DNA from: a virus
Taxonomy: Duplodnaviria; Caudoviricetes
Virus record (IMG/VR): IMGVR_UViG_3300031839_001436
Span: 1 to 59,929 of that record
Reading direction: 5' to 3' (one strand)
DNA length: 59,929 nucleotides
Shown here piece by piece: positions 18,089 to 26,171 of the stretch. The notes beneath the pieces are model-generated. The model was not told where the DNA came from, ran no database searches, and saw nothing but the letters and a program-made list of their open reading frames with translations. How positions within the stretch are numbered: the first letter of the stretch is position 1; every line of letters starts with the position of its first letter. The position numbers and the translations under genes were made by a program.

Positions 18089-19222
18089 TTACTTATATAG
18101 CTTATTCGATTCGTTATCATGCGACAATTGAACCTTGTATGTATCGCTGCCATTCATCGCGTAAATATGGCTGCCATCACGGTAGTATTCCAAATCGTAC
18201 ATTTGGGCGTTACCCGTCTGTGTATCCAGTATGCAGAATCCCAGCGATTGATTCCAATTTGACGTATGCTTACCTAACTTTGTTTGATAGTGTGGATTCA
18301 AATCGCACCGACAACCAACAACCATACTATGTCGTCTGAATAGCTTTGACGTGTGACTAAAGTAATCGCTCCTATGGGTATGCCCTGCTACATGGTGGAC
18401 GCTGTTATCACGTGATAGCATCGTCGCGGCTGTGTGCTTACTGATACCGCCGTCATGTCGGATGAATAACGTATCCAGTAGCAATTCTTGCGTTAAACCT
18501 AGATAGTGTACCGTACCCTCATTACGTACCATGCTGATAAACTGCTCAATCAGCAATCGTGGCGCGTCACTTTCTAACGCCATATCGACAAACCGTCTAT
18601 CATGGTTTCCATAGATAAATGGGATAAGTGGGGCGCCACCAACACTAGCCAGTAAATCCGTATCGTATCTGTAATCCCGTTCCACGTTGTAATACACATC
18701 GTCAAAGCTTGGATTGTTCCGTAACTCATAATCCGGTTGGTGGCGTGATATAGTCGGAAAATCAAACACATCACTACCATGTACAATAATGTCTGCCCCA
18801 ATGTCGCGCATAATCACATGGTCTAATGCAATCGCATCTTTATCATGAAACGGGATATGCTTGTCAAACGGAAAGAAGACGGTAATGAATCGCTTACGCT
18901 GCTTTAGGTCGTTATACCGCTTGTTAAAGTCGTCTGTATCATGGTTTCCACCTGTTAACGACCGGATAGCGGTTGGTTTTACACTTTGCTTTAGTTTTGG
19001 TAGGGGGTCGTCTAAATCATGAGGGGATTTCGGAAACTCAATCGGGGCTTTGGTCGCTGTTTGTTGCGATTCCCACTCTATCAGGGCTTTGTATTCGGAT
19101 ATACCACCCCGTACACCAGATTCGCTACGGTCATAGTAGTTGGCTATATCAACGTCGTTCCAACCCTCGCATCGCTTCTCATAGAATTCACGTGCTAATT
19201 GCCTAACATATGGTTTCGTCAT
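18089..19222 (-). CDS. Calcineurin-like metallophosphoesterase with an N-terminal HTH-like segment
   Basis: DKH, GSDVFD, GNHD, RHDG and GHTHR motifs. Confidence 0.85.
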   Translation of the reverse strand: MTKPYVRQLAREFYEKRCEGWNDVDIANYYDRSESGVRGGISEYKALIEWESQQTATKAPIEFPKSPHDLDDPLPKLKQSVKPTAIRSLTGGNHDTDDFNKRYNDLKQRKRFITVFFPFDKHIPFHDKDAIALDHVIMRDIGADIIVHGSDVFDFPTISRHQPDYELRNNPSFDDVYYNVERDYRYDTDLLASVGGAPLIPFIYGNHDRRFVDMALESDAPRLLIEQFISMVRNEGTVHYLGLTQELLLDTLFIRHDGGISKHTAATMLSRDNSVHHVAGHTHRSDYFSHTSKLFRRHSMVVGCRCDLNPHYQTKLGKHTSNWNQSLGFCILDTQTGNAQMYDLEYYRDGSHIYAMNGSDTYKVQLSHDNESNKLYK

Positions 19223-19235
19223 AGACCCTCACAAC

Positions 19236-19299
19236 ACAAAAAGATACCGTTATGGTATCTCTACTAGAACATATTATCATGAATCGTTTTCGATGTCAA
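19236..19299 (-). promoter_or_regulatory. Promoter with operator and leader terminator
   Basis: TTGACA 19299-19294 and TAATAT 19276-19271; hairpin AGATACC/GGTATCT followed by TTTTG; operator at 19283-19294. Confidence 0.6.
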
Positions 19300-19318
19300 A
19301 TTTATCGTATTCGATTTG

Positions 19319-19555
19319 TTACTGCGGTAAAATACTAATCGGTCTTTCGTACTTTTCTATAGTCATCTTGCAAATGCGATAGAACTGTCTTAGCTGATCG
19401 ATTGGTTCTTTATCGATACTGCCAAACATTTTATCAAAATTAACCTTATGGGCTGGATGTAACTTTTCCATTTCGGCTTTTACAAGCTCAATCGCATACT
19501 CTTTGAGTTTGTTATCAAATTCGTTTAAACTATCTTGATATATATTTTTATTCAT
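19319..19555 (-). CDS. Hypothetical protein
   Basis: Start lies within the 35-bp junction repeat (AAGGG RBS). Confidence 0.7.
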   Translation of the reverse strand: MNKNIYQDSLNEFDNKLKEYAIELVKAEMEKLHPAHKVNFDKMFGSIDKEPIDQLRQFYRICKMTIEKYERPISILPQ

Positions 19556-19587
19556 CTCGTTACCCTTTCAATATCTTCACTGATTCA
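19553..19587. repeat. 35-bp direct repeat, copy 1 (copy 2 at 20463-20497; partial copy from 20020)
   Basis: catctcgttaccctttcaatatcttcactgattca versus catcttgttaccctttcaatatcttcactgattca (one mismatch). Confidence 0.9.
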
Positions 19588-20022
19588 ATGGAATTCTGAT
19601 ACAATTGTTAAGAATAAATCGTCTTGCGACAATTTATACAATCGATTAATGCTAATTGTACGGGTACACTCATCTGTTTTAACAAAAGTCGCATTCATTC
19701 CATCCCATCCTAAACCAACTGATTCAACATTAAAATGAGAACAAAATCGATCTGCCAACGAATGGAAATTATCATTTACGATTCTCCATTTATCCTCAGA
19801 TTTTATTACATCGGATTCCCATCCAAGAAACCCTAAAAATGCAAAAGCTTTTGTCATTTCATCTGATGGAAGGTCTAATTCAATTATCTTTGTGATAGCT
19901 TTATCAGTCGATGGTTTTGTAATATCTTCAACAGGATGAATTATCACTGGTATTTGTTTAACCAAGTAATCTACAACATCATACTGAGATTCTACTTTGT
20001 GACTTATTCTTATTTTAATCAT
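19585..20022 (-). CDS. Hypothetical protein
   Basis: ORF track; AT-rich. Confidence 0.7.
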   Translation of the reverse strand: MIKIRISHKVESQYDVVDYLVKQIPVIIHPVEDITKPSTDKAITKIIELDLPSDEMTKAFAFLGFLGWESDVIKSEDKWRIVNDNFHSLADRFCSHFNVESVGLGWDGMNATFVKTDECTRTISINRLYKLSQDDLFLTIVSEFH

Positions 20023-20026
20023 CTCG

Positions 20027-20236
20027 TTACCCCTTCACTATTTCAAGATACGCCTTAGCATCTTCAATATCCATATGACATTCGTACAGAGTTATATAGT
20101 CCTTACTAGTTTTCAGAATGTCGCGTTCTTCACCTTCCCCTATCCATTCTTTGATCTCACTACCACAGTGTGGACAATAATCATCATAAGCATATGCTTC
20201 CTTGAATCGTACTATGTCGCCTTGTTTAAATTCCAT
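20027..20236 (-). CDS. Small protein with a CPHC motif
   Basis: ORF track. Confidence 0.65.
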   Translation of the reverse strand: MEFKQGDIVRFKEAYAYDDYCPHCGSEIKEWIGEGEERDILKTSKDYITLYECHMDIEDAKAYLEIVKG

Positions 20237-20465
20237 TGCTAAAATCCTTTAAGACTTGTTCAAGCTCATATCTTTGGCTTACTGACATTCTATGTAACAG
20301 GGGTAATCCACATTCGATAAACAGATCGTCATAAGGATTATCCTCTGGCTTATCCGGTTTGCCGATTTTTTCCACTTTGCTAATAATGTTAGAAAGTTCA
20401 GAAACAATGTCGTCCGCAATCCATTTAGCACCTCTTAAATCTTCTATCAAAACATCCTTATCCAT
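20226..20465 (-). CDS. Hypothetical protein
   Basis: Start lies within the 35-bp repeat. Confidence 0.65.
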   Translation of the reverse strand: MDKDVLIEDLRGAKWIADDIVSELSNIISKVEKIGKPDKPEDNPYDDLFIECGLPLLHRMSVSQRYELEQVLKDFSNGI

Positions 20466-20469
20466 CTTG

Positions 20470-20748
20470 TTACCCTTTCAATATCTTCACTGATTCATGC
20501 GCTATCTTTTCGAGTGTCTTTGTGTCGATTCGCTTTAATTCATCGTCACTGGATGCCAAGAACATAAGCATCATTAACGGTACATCTAGCGCGTCTGATA
20601 CGCTTTGTAGTACCGACATGGTAGGGTCACGTTTACCGCTTTCCACTTTCGATACGTGCGATATGCTGATATTCGCGCGTTGTGCGAGTGTCGTTTGATT
20701 CCAGCCGCGTTGGGTGCGACACACCTTAATTGCTTTACCGACGTTCAT
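20470..20748 (-). CDS. XRE-family HTH transcriptional regulator
   Basis: IKVCRTQRGWNQTTLAQRANISISHVSKVESGKRDP; start reassigned to MNVGKA. Confidence 0.9.
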   Translation of the reverse strand: MNVGKAIKVCRTQRGWNQTTLAQRANISISHVSKVESGKRDPTMSVLQSVSDALDVPLMMLMFLASSDDELKRIDTKTLEKIAHESVKILKG

Positions 20749-20963
20749 GATTCGTGTCCCCGTAGATATTTGGCTAATTCTGCGATTGTTGCAAGTCGAT
20801 TCACGCTGCCATATTGCCATGCGCCAAAATAGATAGGCGTAACATTCCACTGTTCGCATAATTCGAGTAATTCAGCGTTGCCCGGATTATGTGCCAGAAC
20901 GCTGATGAATAGCTTTTGCCGTAATACATGCTGGTCTGTCCATAGGTTGCTATTTGGGGTCAT
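20745..20963 (-). CDS. Hypothetical protein
   Basis: Start reassigned to MTPNSN (AGGAG RBS); ATGA overlaps on both sides. Confidence 0.6.
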   Translation of the reverse strand: MTPNSNLWTDQHVLRQKLFISVLAHNPGNAELLELCEQWNVTPIYFGAWQYGSVNRLATIAELAKYLRGHES

Positions 20964-21082
20964 TCCGTGTCTCCTAGTAATTCGTATTCCATCTGCCACA
21001 CTTGCTCGAAAGCGTCTTCGTAGCTCATGCCTGATTCAATAAGCGTGTCTAGTAGGATGTATAGCGCGTCGTATGTGTCCAT
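20960..21082 (-). CDS. Small acidic peptide, 40 aa
   Basis: Hand translation MDTYDALYILLDTLIESGMSYEDAFEQVWQMEYELLGDTE. Confidence 0.5.
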   Translation of the reverse strand: MDTYDALYILLDTLIESGMSYEDAFEQVWQMEYELLGDTE

Positions 21083-21083
21083 G

Positions 21084-21410
21084 CTAATCATCCCAATCAC
21101 CTAGCATTGCATCATCAAAGTCTTTATCAAATTCCATCACAACATTATTCTGTGCTTGCGATGTTCCTACGGTTGTTAAATCCACTGATTCAAACCGATT
21201 AGCAAGCTTTGTAAACTTGTCTGCCAATTGCCCTAGATACCGTGTAATACCGGATTCAGTTATAGGCGTTTTGCCTTCAAAATCGATAACGGCACTAAAA
21301 ATCATGTCATAATGAATATTCTTATCTTGCCATCCTTCAATGATTTCACGCGCCATTTTTTCGGCTTCGCTTGGGTTTTTACGCCACCGGATAGAAAAAA
21401 CGTCTGCCAT
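21084..21410 (-). CDS. Putative ParR-like adaptor
   Basis: Small protein directly after ParM, with an N-terminal beta-alpha-alpha-like segment and an acidic C-terminal tail. Confidence 0.55.
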   Translation of the reverse strand: MADVFSIRWRKNPSEAEKMAREIIEGWQDKNIHYDMIFSAVIDFEGKTPITESGITRYLGQLADKFTKLANRFESVDLTTVGTSQAQNNVVMEFDKDFDDAMLGDWDD

Positions 21411-21412
21411 AA

Positions 21413-22477
21413 CTATTTCACACCTTTGCGCTCATAATATGCTAGTAATTTCTTAGCACCGTATACATTCGCTTTTTGCATCTCTTGCCCTGATTTGGGT
21501 ACAACAGCACCATAAACACCATGTCGCCATCGATTGTTGATTTTCATACGTTCTATGATTCGATGATAAAGCAATTTTGTGCCGCCGCCCGTTAAAAGCA
21601 CGTTGTCCAATAGCGCACCGCCGTATTGTTCATATCGTGCTATCACAGCATCAACTAGCATTGAACACGATTCGTTTGATTCTTTTTGGACATCTAGCAT
21701 CCCAAAAGCACCCGCAGAATAGAACCCATCAATAAGTGCGGCTCGAATCTTACGCGCATCTAAATCACGTGCTGAACTTAATTCACGTGGGTATCGTGAA
21801 ATAATCGCGCTTGTAAAATCTTCAATGGTGTCAATAATGTTGCGTTCTGTGAAGCTGCGCGCAGACCCAAAATCAGGTTTTTGCCCCTCAAGGATAATGT
21901 AATCGGTTGTTAACCCCCCAATATCGATTACAAGTGTGTCACCTCTATTCAACCCGATGTCTTTAATCTTGTAACCTTTATCGTCCATTAAGCGATTCAT
22001 CGCACCACCTACAGGCTCATACCATGTTTTAACAGTCTTAACGCTAAACTTCTTTTCTTTTCCGGCGTGTTCAACCGTTACATCACCTAATGCAATTCGT
22101 TTAATCGTGTCTTTGTAAGCATTATCTTTCGGGGGCAAACTGGCATACAGAAAAATATTCTTAGTGCTTTTCTCAAACATCTGATAAAATGCCACACCTA
22201 AAAAACGCTTATAGTATTCAGGTGTGTATCGTTGCGCCCCTTCGTAACGAACAGAGCCGAAATCGTTAGCTCTATCCCCAATTGCATAAGGAACACCATC
22301 GATTAAATAAATACCACTTGTATCATCCTGAGAAACAAGCTCATTGTATTTATGAGTGCTGATTCGTGCGCTTGCGTGTGCAAAATCCACTTCGCAATCG
22401 ACACTTAACCCTTTTTCGCGTTCATTACCGTTATCCCAAACAACATCTTTTACGTTCATAATCCCTCGTGTATACAT
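21413..22477 (-). CDS. parM: Actin-like ParM/StbA family ATPase
   Basis: Phosphate-1 WDNGN, connect-1 YEPVG, phosphate-2 VIDIGGLTTD, adenosine LLTGGG, connect-2 ANVYG. Confidence 0.85.
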   Translation of the reverse strand: MYTRGIMNVKDVVWDNGNEREKGLSVDCEVDFAHASARISTHKYNELVSQDDTSGIYLIDGVPYAIGDRANDFGSVRYEGAQRYTPEYYKRFLGVAFYQMFEKSTKNIFLYASLPPKDNAYKDTIKRIALGDVTVEHAGKEKKFSVKTVKTWYEPVGGAMNRLMDDKGYKIKDIGLNRGDTLVIDIGGLTTDYIILEGQKPDFGSARSFTERNIIDTIEDFTSAIISRYPRELSSARDLDARKIRAALIDGFYSAGAFGMLDVQKESNESCSMLVDAVIARYEQYGGALLDNVLLTGGGTKLLYHRIIERMKINNRWRHGVYGAVVPKSGQEMQKANVYGAKKLLAYYERKGVK

Positions 22478-22585
22478 CCTGTAAACTGACGTTTACGATA
22501 AGTATACAACCTTTACGATAAATAAGCAAGCTTATAAGCTTAGTATTACAGCTTATAAACCTACTTCCTACGGCAAAAAATGCCT

Positions 22586-23161
22586 CTATATTGACTGCGA
22601 TGAATTATTCTCTTTTGCCATACTATTCACAACACCCAATGTCATTAAACAATCCCCTAAAGCAGCATGAGCGTTTTTTACTTTTACACCGTAATAACTT
22701 GCTGCTGTTGTTAGCTTTTGCCATCGATAGTTACCGTGATAATCGTTCCAATCGCCATAGATAGGTGAAAACGCCAACATAGCACAATGCCATGTACAAA
22801 ATGAATCCCAATCAATCTCAGGAATTCCAGCATGAAACACAGCGCGTTTTAGGATGTTGTAATCGTAATTCGCGTTGTATACAATAACATCCTTGCCTGC
22901 TAGATGACCTTTAATCGATACAATAACATCATTAAGTGTGGGGCAATCCTTTACATCATCTTCGGATATGCCATGTACACGATAAGCATCTCTTGGGATT
23001 CCTAAATAGGGCTTAATCCGTTGATCCATCAGCGTATTCCCTAAATGGTCAATAATTGCGATTTCAACTATCTCCCCATCATGCAACCCTGTTGTTTCAG
23101 TATCCAAGATAACAAAATTCTGCTTATCAACAACTGATTGTATGTCTTGTAATGTACTCAT
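22586..23161 (-). CDS. DEDDh 3'-5' exonuclease (DnaQ-like)
   Basis: LDTETTG, HGI, YNANYD and HAALGDC motifs. Confidence 0.92.
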   Translation of the reverse strand: MSTLQDIQSVVDKQNFVILDTETTGLHDGEIVEIAIIDHLGNTLMDQRIKPYLGIPRDAYRVHGISEDDVKDCPTLNDVIVSIKGHLAGKDVIVYNANYDYNILKRAVFHAGIPEIDWDSFCTWHCAMLAFSPIYGDWNDYHGNYRWQKLTTAASYYGVKVKNAHAALGDCLMTLGVVNSMAKENNSSQSI

Positions 23162-23187
23162 AGTGTTACACCTTTCGGTTAATATAA

Positions 23188-23358
23188 TTAATCTTTAATC
23201 ATGCCTTTGTGCTTGCGTGTAATCTTTGGCAGCTTCCACCCTGCGAAGATACCCCGTTGCCGACTCGTATCGTATGCGCTCATATGTCGCATGGTCGCTC
23301 GTTTGCGCTTACGTCGCATCCGTTTACCGCGTCGTTTCCCTTCCCGACTAGCTGGCAC
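23188..23358 (-). CDS. Small Arg/Lys-rich peptide, 56 aa
   Basis: Hand translation from GTG: MPASREGKRRGKRMRRKRKRATMRHMSAYDTSRQRGIFAGWKLPKITRKHKGMIKD; fills the gap between two genes. Confidence 0.55.
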   Translation of the reverse strand: MPASREGKRRGKRMRRKRKRATMRHMSAYDTSRQRGIFAGWKLPKITRKHKGMIKD

Positions 23359-23635
23359 GGCTGCTACCTTTGGGTAACACGCGATGGATTTCCTTAATCA
23401 GAATGGGGAGCAACCCATCGGTATATATGTCGTATCCAGACACGTATCGGATATTGTCGGTTGTTTCAATCACATCGTAGAAACATGGCAAGGAATTATC
23501 GTCAAATATCACCTCAACTTCGACCAAATCGGATTCATCGTAATCGCGTGGATTGTCAGTCGTGTAGCCGTCACCGTCGTAACATAGTAGCGTTGCAAGT
23601 GTACCAGGTACAGGTGTGTATGGGATACTAGGCAT
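23348..23635 (-). CDS. Hypothetical protein
   Basis: GGAGGGG RBS; overlaps the upstream gene. Confidence 0.65.
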   Translation of the reverse strand: MPSIPYTPVPGTLATLLCYDGDGYTTDNPRDYDESDLVEVEVIFDDNSLPCFYDVIETTDNIRYVSGYDIYTDGLLPILIKEIHRVLPKGSSRAS

Positions 23636-24119
23636 TGTCCCCCTCCTTAAACCATGATGTCGCTTTGATCTTACTTAGTTCGTCTTTTGCAAACTCTAAA
23701 TCTACTTGATAGGAGTTTTTCATAGCACTTACGGAATCTGCATCGTCCGTCCATGTTCCGTACATGTGTTTTTCGTAACTAATGATGGTATCGCAAGCAT
23801 CGATGGCAGATTGAATAGTTTCACATTTCTTTTGCGCTTGCTTGTATTCATCGGTATAGGTTGCATCAAATCCGACTTGTTTACCGAGTGACTCAACAAA
23901 AAGCTCTCCACAATTCATTTTCGCTTTTCTGTCAAGGCCACTAAGGACATGTTGGAATATTCCATTAATTACAATATGCTTAAATTCGCCATATTTTCTA
24001 TAGTTCATTGGAATAGCATCAGGAAACCCATTCAATCGTAAATGTTTGACTTGCAAATTTGTATTCAGGTCTAAGTCAAACTCATAAATGCCGCCTACAA
24101 CAATATCCTGCTTATTCAT
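23628..24119 (-). CDS. Hypothetical protein
   Basis: ATGA coupling. Confidence 0.7.
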   Translation of the reverse strand: MNKQDIVVGGIYEFDLDLNTNLQVKHLRLNGFPDAIPMNYRKYGEFKHIVINGIFQHVLSGLDRKAKMNCGELFVESLGKQVGFDATYTDEYKQAQKKCETIQSAIDACDTIISYEKHMYGTWTDDADSVSAMKNSYQVDLEFAKDELSKIKATSWFKEGDNA

Positions 24120-24664
24120 CGGTTAACCCCTTTCAATAGATTGTCATCCATCGGCAGCGTCCTCAATCCTGCCATCATTTGCATAAGCCGTTCAATTCGA
24201 TCCCAATCAATATCGCTGTCAATTTCATCACCATGTTTTTTAGGGGCAAACAGCTTGTGTTTATGCAGAAACGCAGAAAAGAAGTCATCTAGTTCTTGCT
24301 TATATAATTCACGATATTTTTCGTAACACGAATTAACAGTTTCGTATTCAGATTTTGTCAGTTCAATTTCAATCTCGCGCCGTTTTGTGCCAGACGGGGT
24401 ATGTGATACGAAGTAATCAAACCGATTCACTTGCAAAGTTTTGTAAATAATCTGACACAACAGGTCTTTCTCCCATCTGTGCTGATATTTGAATACATAA
24501 TCTTTCTTTGGTGGCTGTTTGATAGATTCCGGCGCGATGTTGTACTTTGCTAATAGCTCTTGCAGTTTAGATTGTGCCGTGTCTCGTTCACCCTGTGGCG
24601 CGTTGGGGTCGTCTATGATGCGCTGTATAGACGCAAGCCTATCGATTATCTTCATAGTGCTCAT
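24116..24664 (-). CDS. DUF2786-like protein
   Basis: N-terminus IIDRL...DPNA.QGERDTA..KLQELLAKYNI. Confidence 0.7.
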   Translation of the reverse strand: MSTMKIIDRLASIQRIIDDPNAPQGERDTAQSKLQELLAKYNIAPESIKQPPKKDYVFKYQHRWEKDLLCQIIYKTLQVNRFDYFVSHTPSGTKRREIEIELTKSEYETVNSCYEKYRELYKQELDDFFSAFLHKHKLFAPKKHGDEIDSDIDWDRIERLMQMMAGLRTLPMDDNLLKGVNR

Positions 24665-25251
24665 GATTGCACCACCTCAAACTCTAATACCCATATATCG
24701 GGATTATCTTGCCAACGTGTCCCAGCGCGTTTATTGATGGAATCCCATAGGGTACGATAGCTGTCGATGGCAGGCGTAGGAATCCATTCGCTAGTAATAT
24801 AGTCCCAATACAACGGGGCAATGCTGTGGTGCTTCGTTTTAATCCCCTCTGCAATCGCATCGGCTTCTGTGATGCCCTGTAACGGCTCGCATCGAATGTC
24901 AGTCAATCGGATAGATAGGGGTTTCCAATCATGGAACTGCAAAACCGATTTCCAATCCTTTTCATAACGCTGTCTTGCATAATCTAGCCATGTTTGATTT
25001 GGGAATGTACTCACCTCTGTATCAATGTGGGCTAGTTCCAACTCATCACCATTAAACCGATAATACACCTGTGGCATTCCACGCTTAGGAACAACAGCAT
25101 AGTCACGCCCGACTTGCCATTTTGTTCGGACATTATTACCGCTATGATACTTTACCCACTGGCTTGTTAGCCCGAACTCACTATCCTTCACAATCTGACG
25201 ATATTGGGTCTTTTGACTCTGTATGATCTCTTTTGCTTGATTGGTAATCAT
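24661..25251 (-). CDS. ASCH/PUA-like domain protein
   Basis: II.SQKTQYR...IRLTDIRCEPLQGITEADAIAEG...LWDSIN...W..NP.IWVLEF. Confidence 0.8.
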   Translation of the reverse strand: MITNQAKEIIQSQKTQYRQIVKDSEFGLTSQWVKYHSGNNVRTKWQVGRDYAVVPKRGMPQVYYRFNGDELELAHIDTEVSTFPNQTWLDYARQRYEKDWKSVLQFHDWKPLSIRLTDIRCEPLQGITEADAIAEGIKTKHHSIAPLYWDYITSEWIPTPAIDSYRTLWDSINKRAGTRWQDNPDIWVLEFEVVQS

Positions 25252-25631
25252 GATTGCACCGCCTTCAAAAACACAGGGTTCAATTCAATGTCGAAATAAC
25301 TTTCACTGTCGTATATGTCGCCATTCATTGCGCCCGTATGGTCTATCGTCTGATGTTGCACACTGAATAACTGATTCACGCTGTCATAGGTCACAATCGC
25401 GTGATAGCTATCGTAACTAGGGTATGCTTTCATGAACCGTTCCAACTGGATACATTGCATATCCGTGACTTTGAAATGGTCTGATACGGTACTGATAAAC
25501 GTTTTCGACAATGAAAAGAAGAGCGCTAATCAACCGTCATACACGTGCAGATAACAATGTGTATCGTGTTCGTGATCCTGTGTGAATCGAATCAGTTCGT
25601 TAAATGCTGTTATTTCCGTCTTGCTTTCCAT
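25248..25631 (-). pseudogene. Hypothetical gene interrupted by a single in-frame TGA (25532-25530)
   Basis: GGAGG RBS and ATG 25631 give MESKTE...HVYDG*LALFFSLSKTFIS..., in frame with track ORF 25248..25511. Confidence 0.55.
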
Positions 25632-25927
25632 AATGCCGCCTCCGTTTTTGCTAAATGAATACGTAAGTCTGTCATAAGTTCGCGCATATTATCTTTATCA
25701 ACCGCTTGATAGATATGGATTCCAGAATCACGGCGTATACGCTTTACCTGATTTATCTTTATTAGCTGTTTCGTGTAAAGCCTAAACCCGTGACACTGAC
25801 TATATAACCGGATACCCTGACGCATGGTTAATTCATCATGCTTTCGATACATACGGCAAATCTCTAATAGTCGTTGAATCTGTATCATGCGTCTGGACTT
25901 CGTTTTGTAAAGTATTTCCCCTAACAT
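25610..25927 (-). CDS. Basic hypothetical protein
   Basis: ORF track. Confidence 0.65.
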   Translation of the reverse strand: MLGEILYKTKSRRMIQIQRLLEICRMYRKHDELTMRQGIRLYSQCHGFRLYTKQLIKINQVKRIRRDSGIHIYQAVDKDNMRELMTDLRIHLAKTEAALWKARRK

Positions 25928-25928
25928 G

Positions 25929-26144
25929 CTATTGCACCGCTTTCATGATGCAATTCAAATCGTATGCCTTGCTACGGCTAATCATAGGCATTACATATTC
26001 TGCGAGGTTGAACCACTCCGTGTTATAGGGTTGGTTCGCATCCCCTATATCGTTGATGGCTAATACAAGCCAGTCACAAGCGTTATCCCATCGTTGCTCA
26101 TGAATCGCGGTAATGGCTTCATTGATAAGGTCTTGATTAAACAT
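25929..26144 (-). CDS. Hypothetical protein
   Basis: AAGGA RBS; operator upstream. Confidence 0.65.
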   Translation of the reverse strand: MFNQDLINEAITAIHEQRWDNACDWLVLAINDIGDANQPYNTEWFNLAEYVMPMISRSKAYDLNCIMKAVQ

Positions 26145-26171
26145 TTTCGATTTATCCTTTATCGTATTCGA

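Noticed and set aside
19553-20497. CRISPR array or mini-array
   Set aside because: The repeats are separated by whole genes rather than 30-40-bp spacers; no regular repeat-spacer array or cas gene was seen in the window.
25530-25532. Genome-wide TGA or TAG recoding
   Set aside because: Core genes are intact in code 11, many genes end in TGA or TAG with coupled starts, and no suppressor tRNA was found. The tRNA with anticodon UGA reads UCA (Ser).
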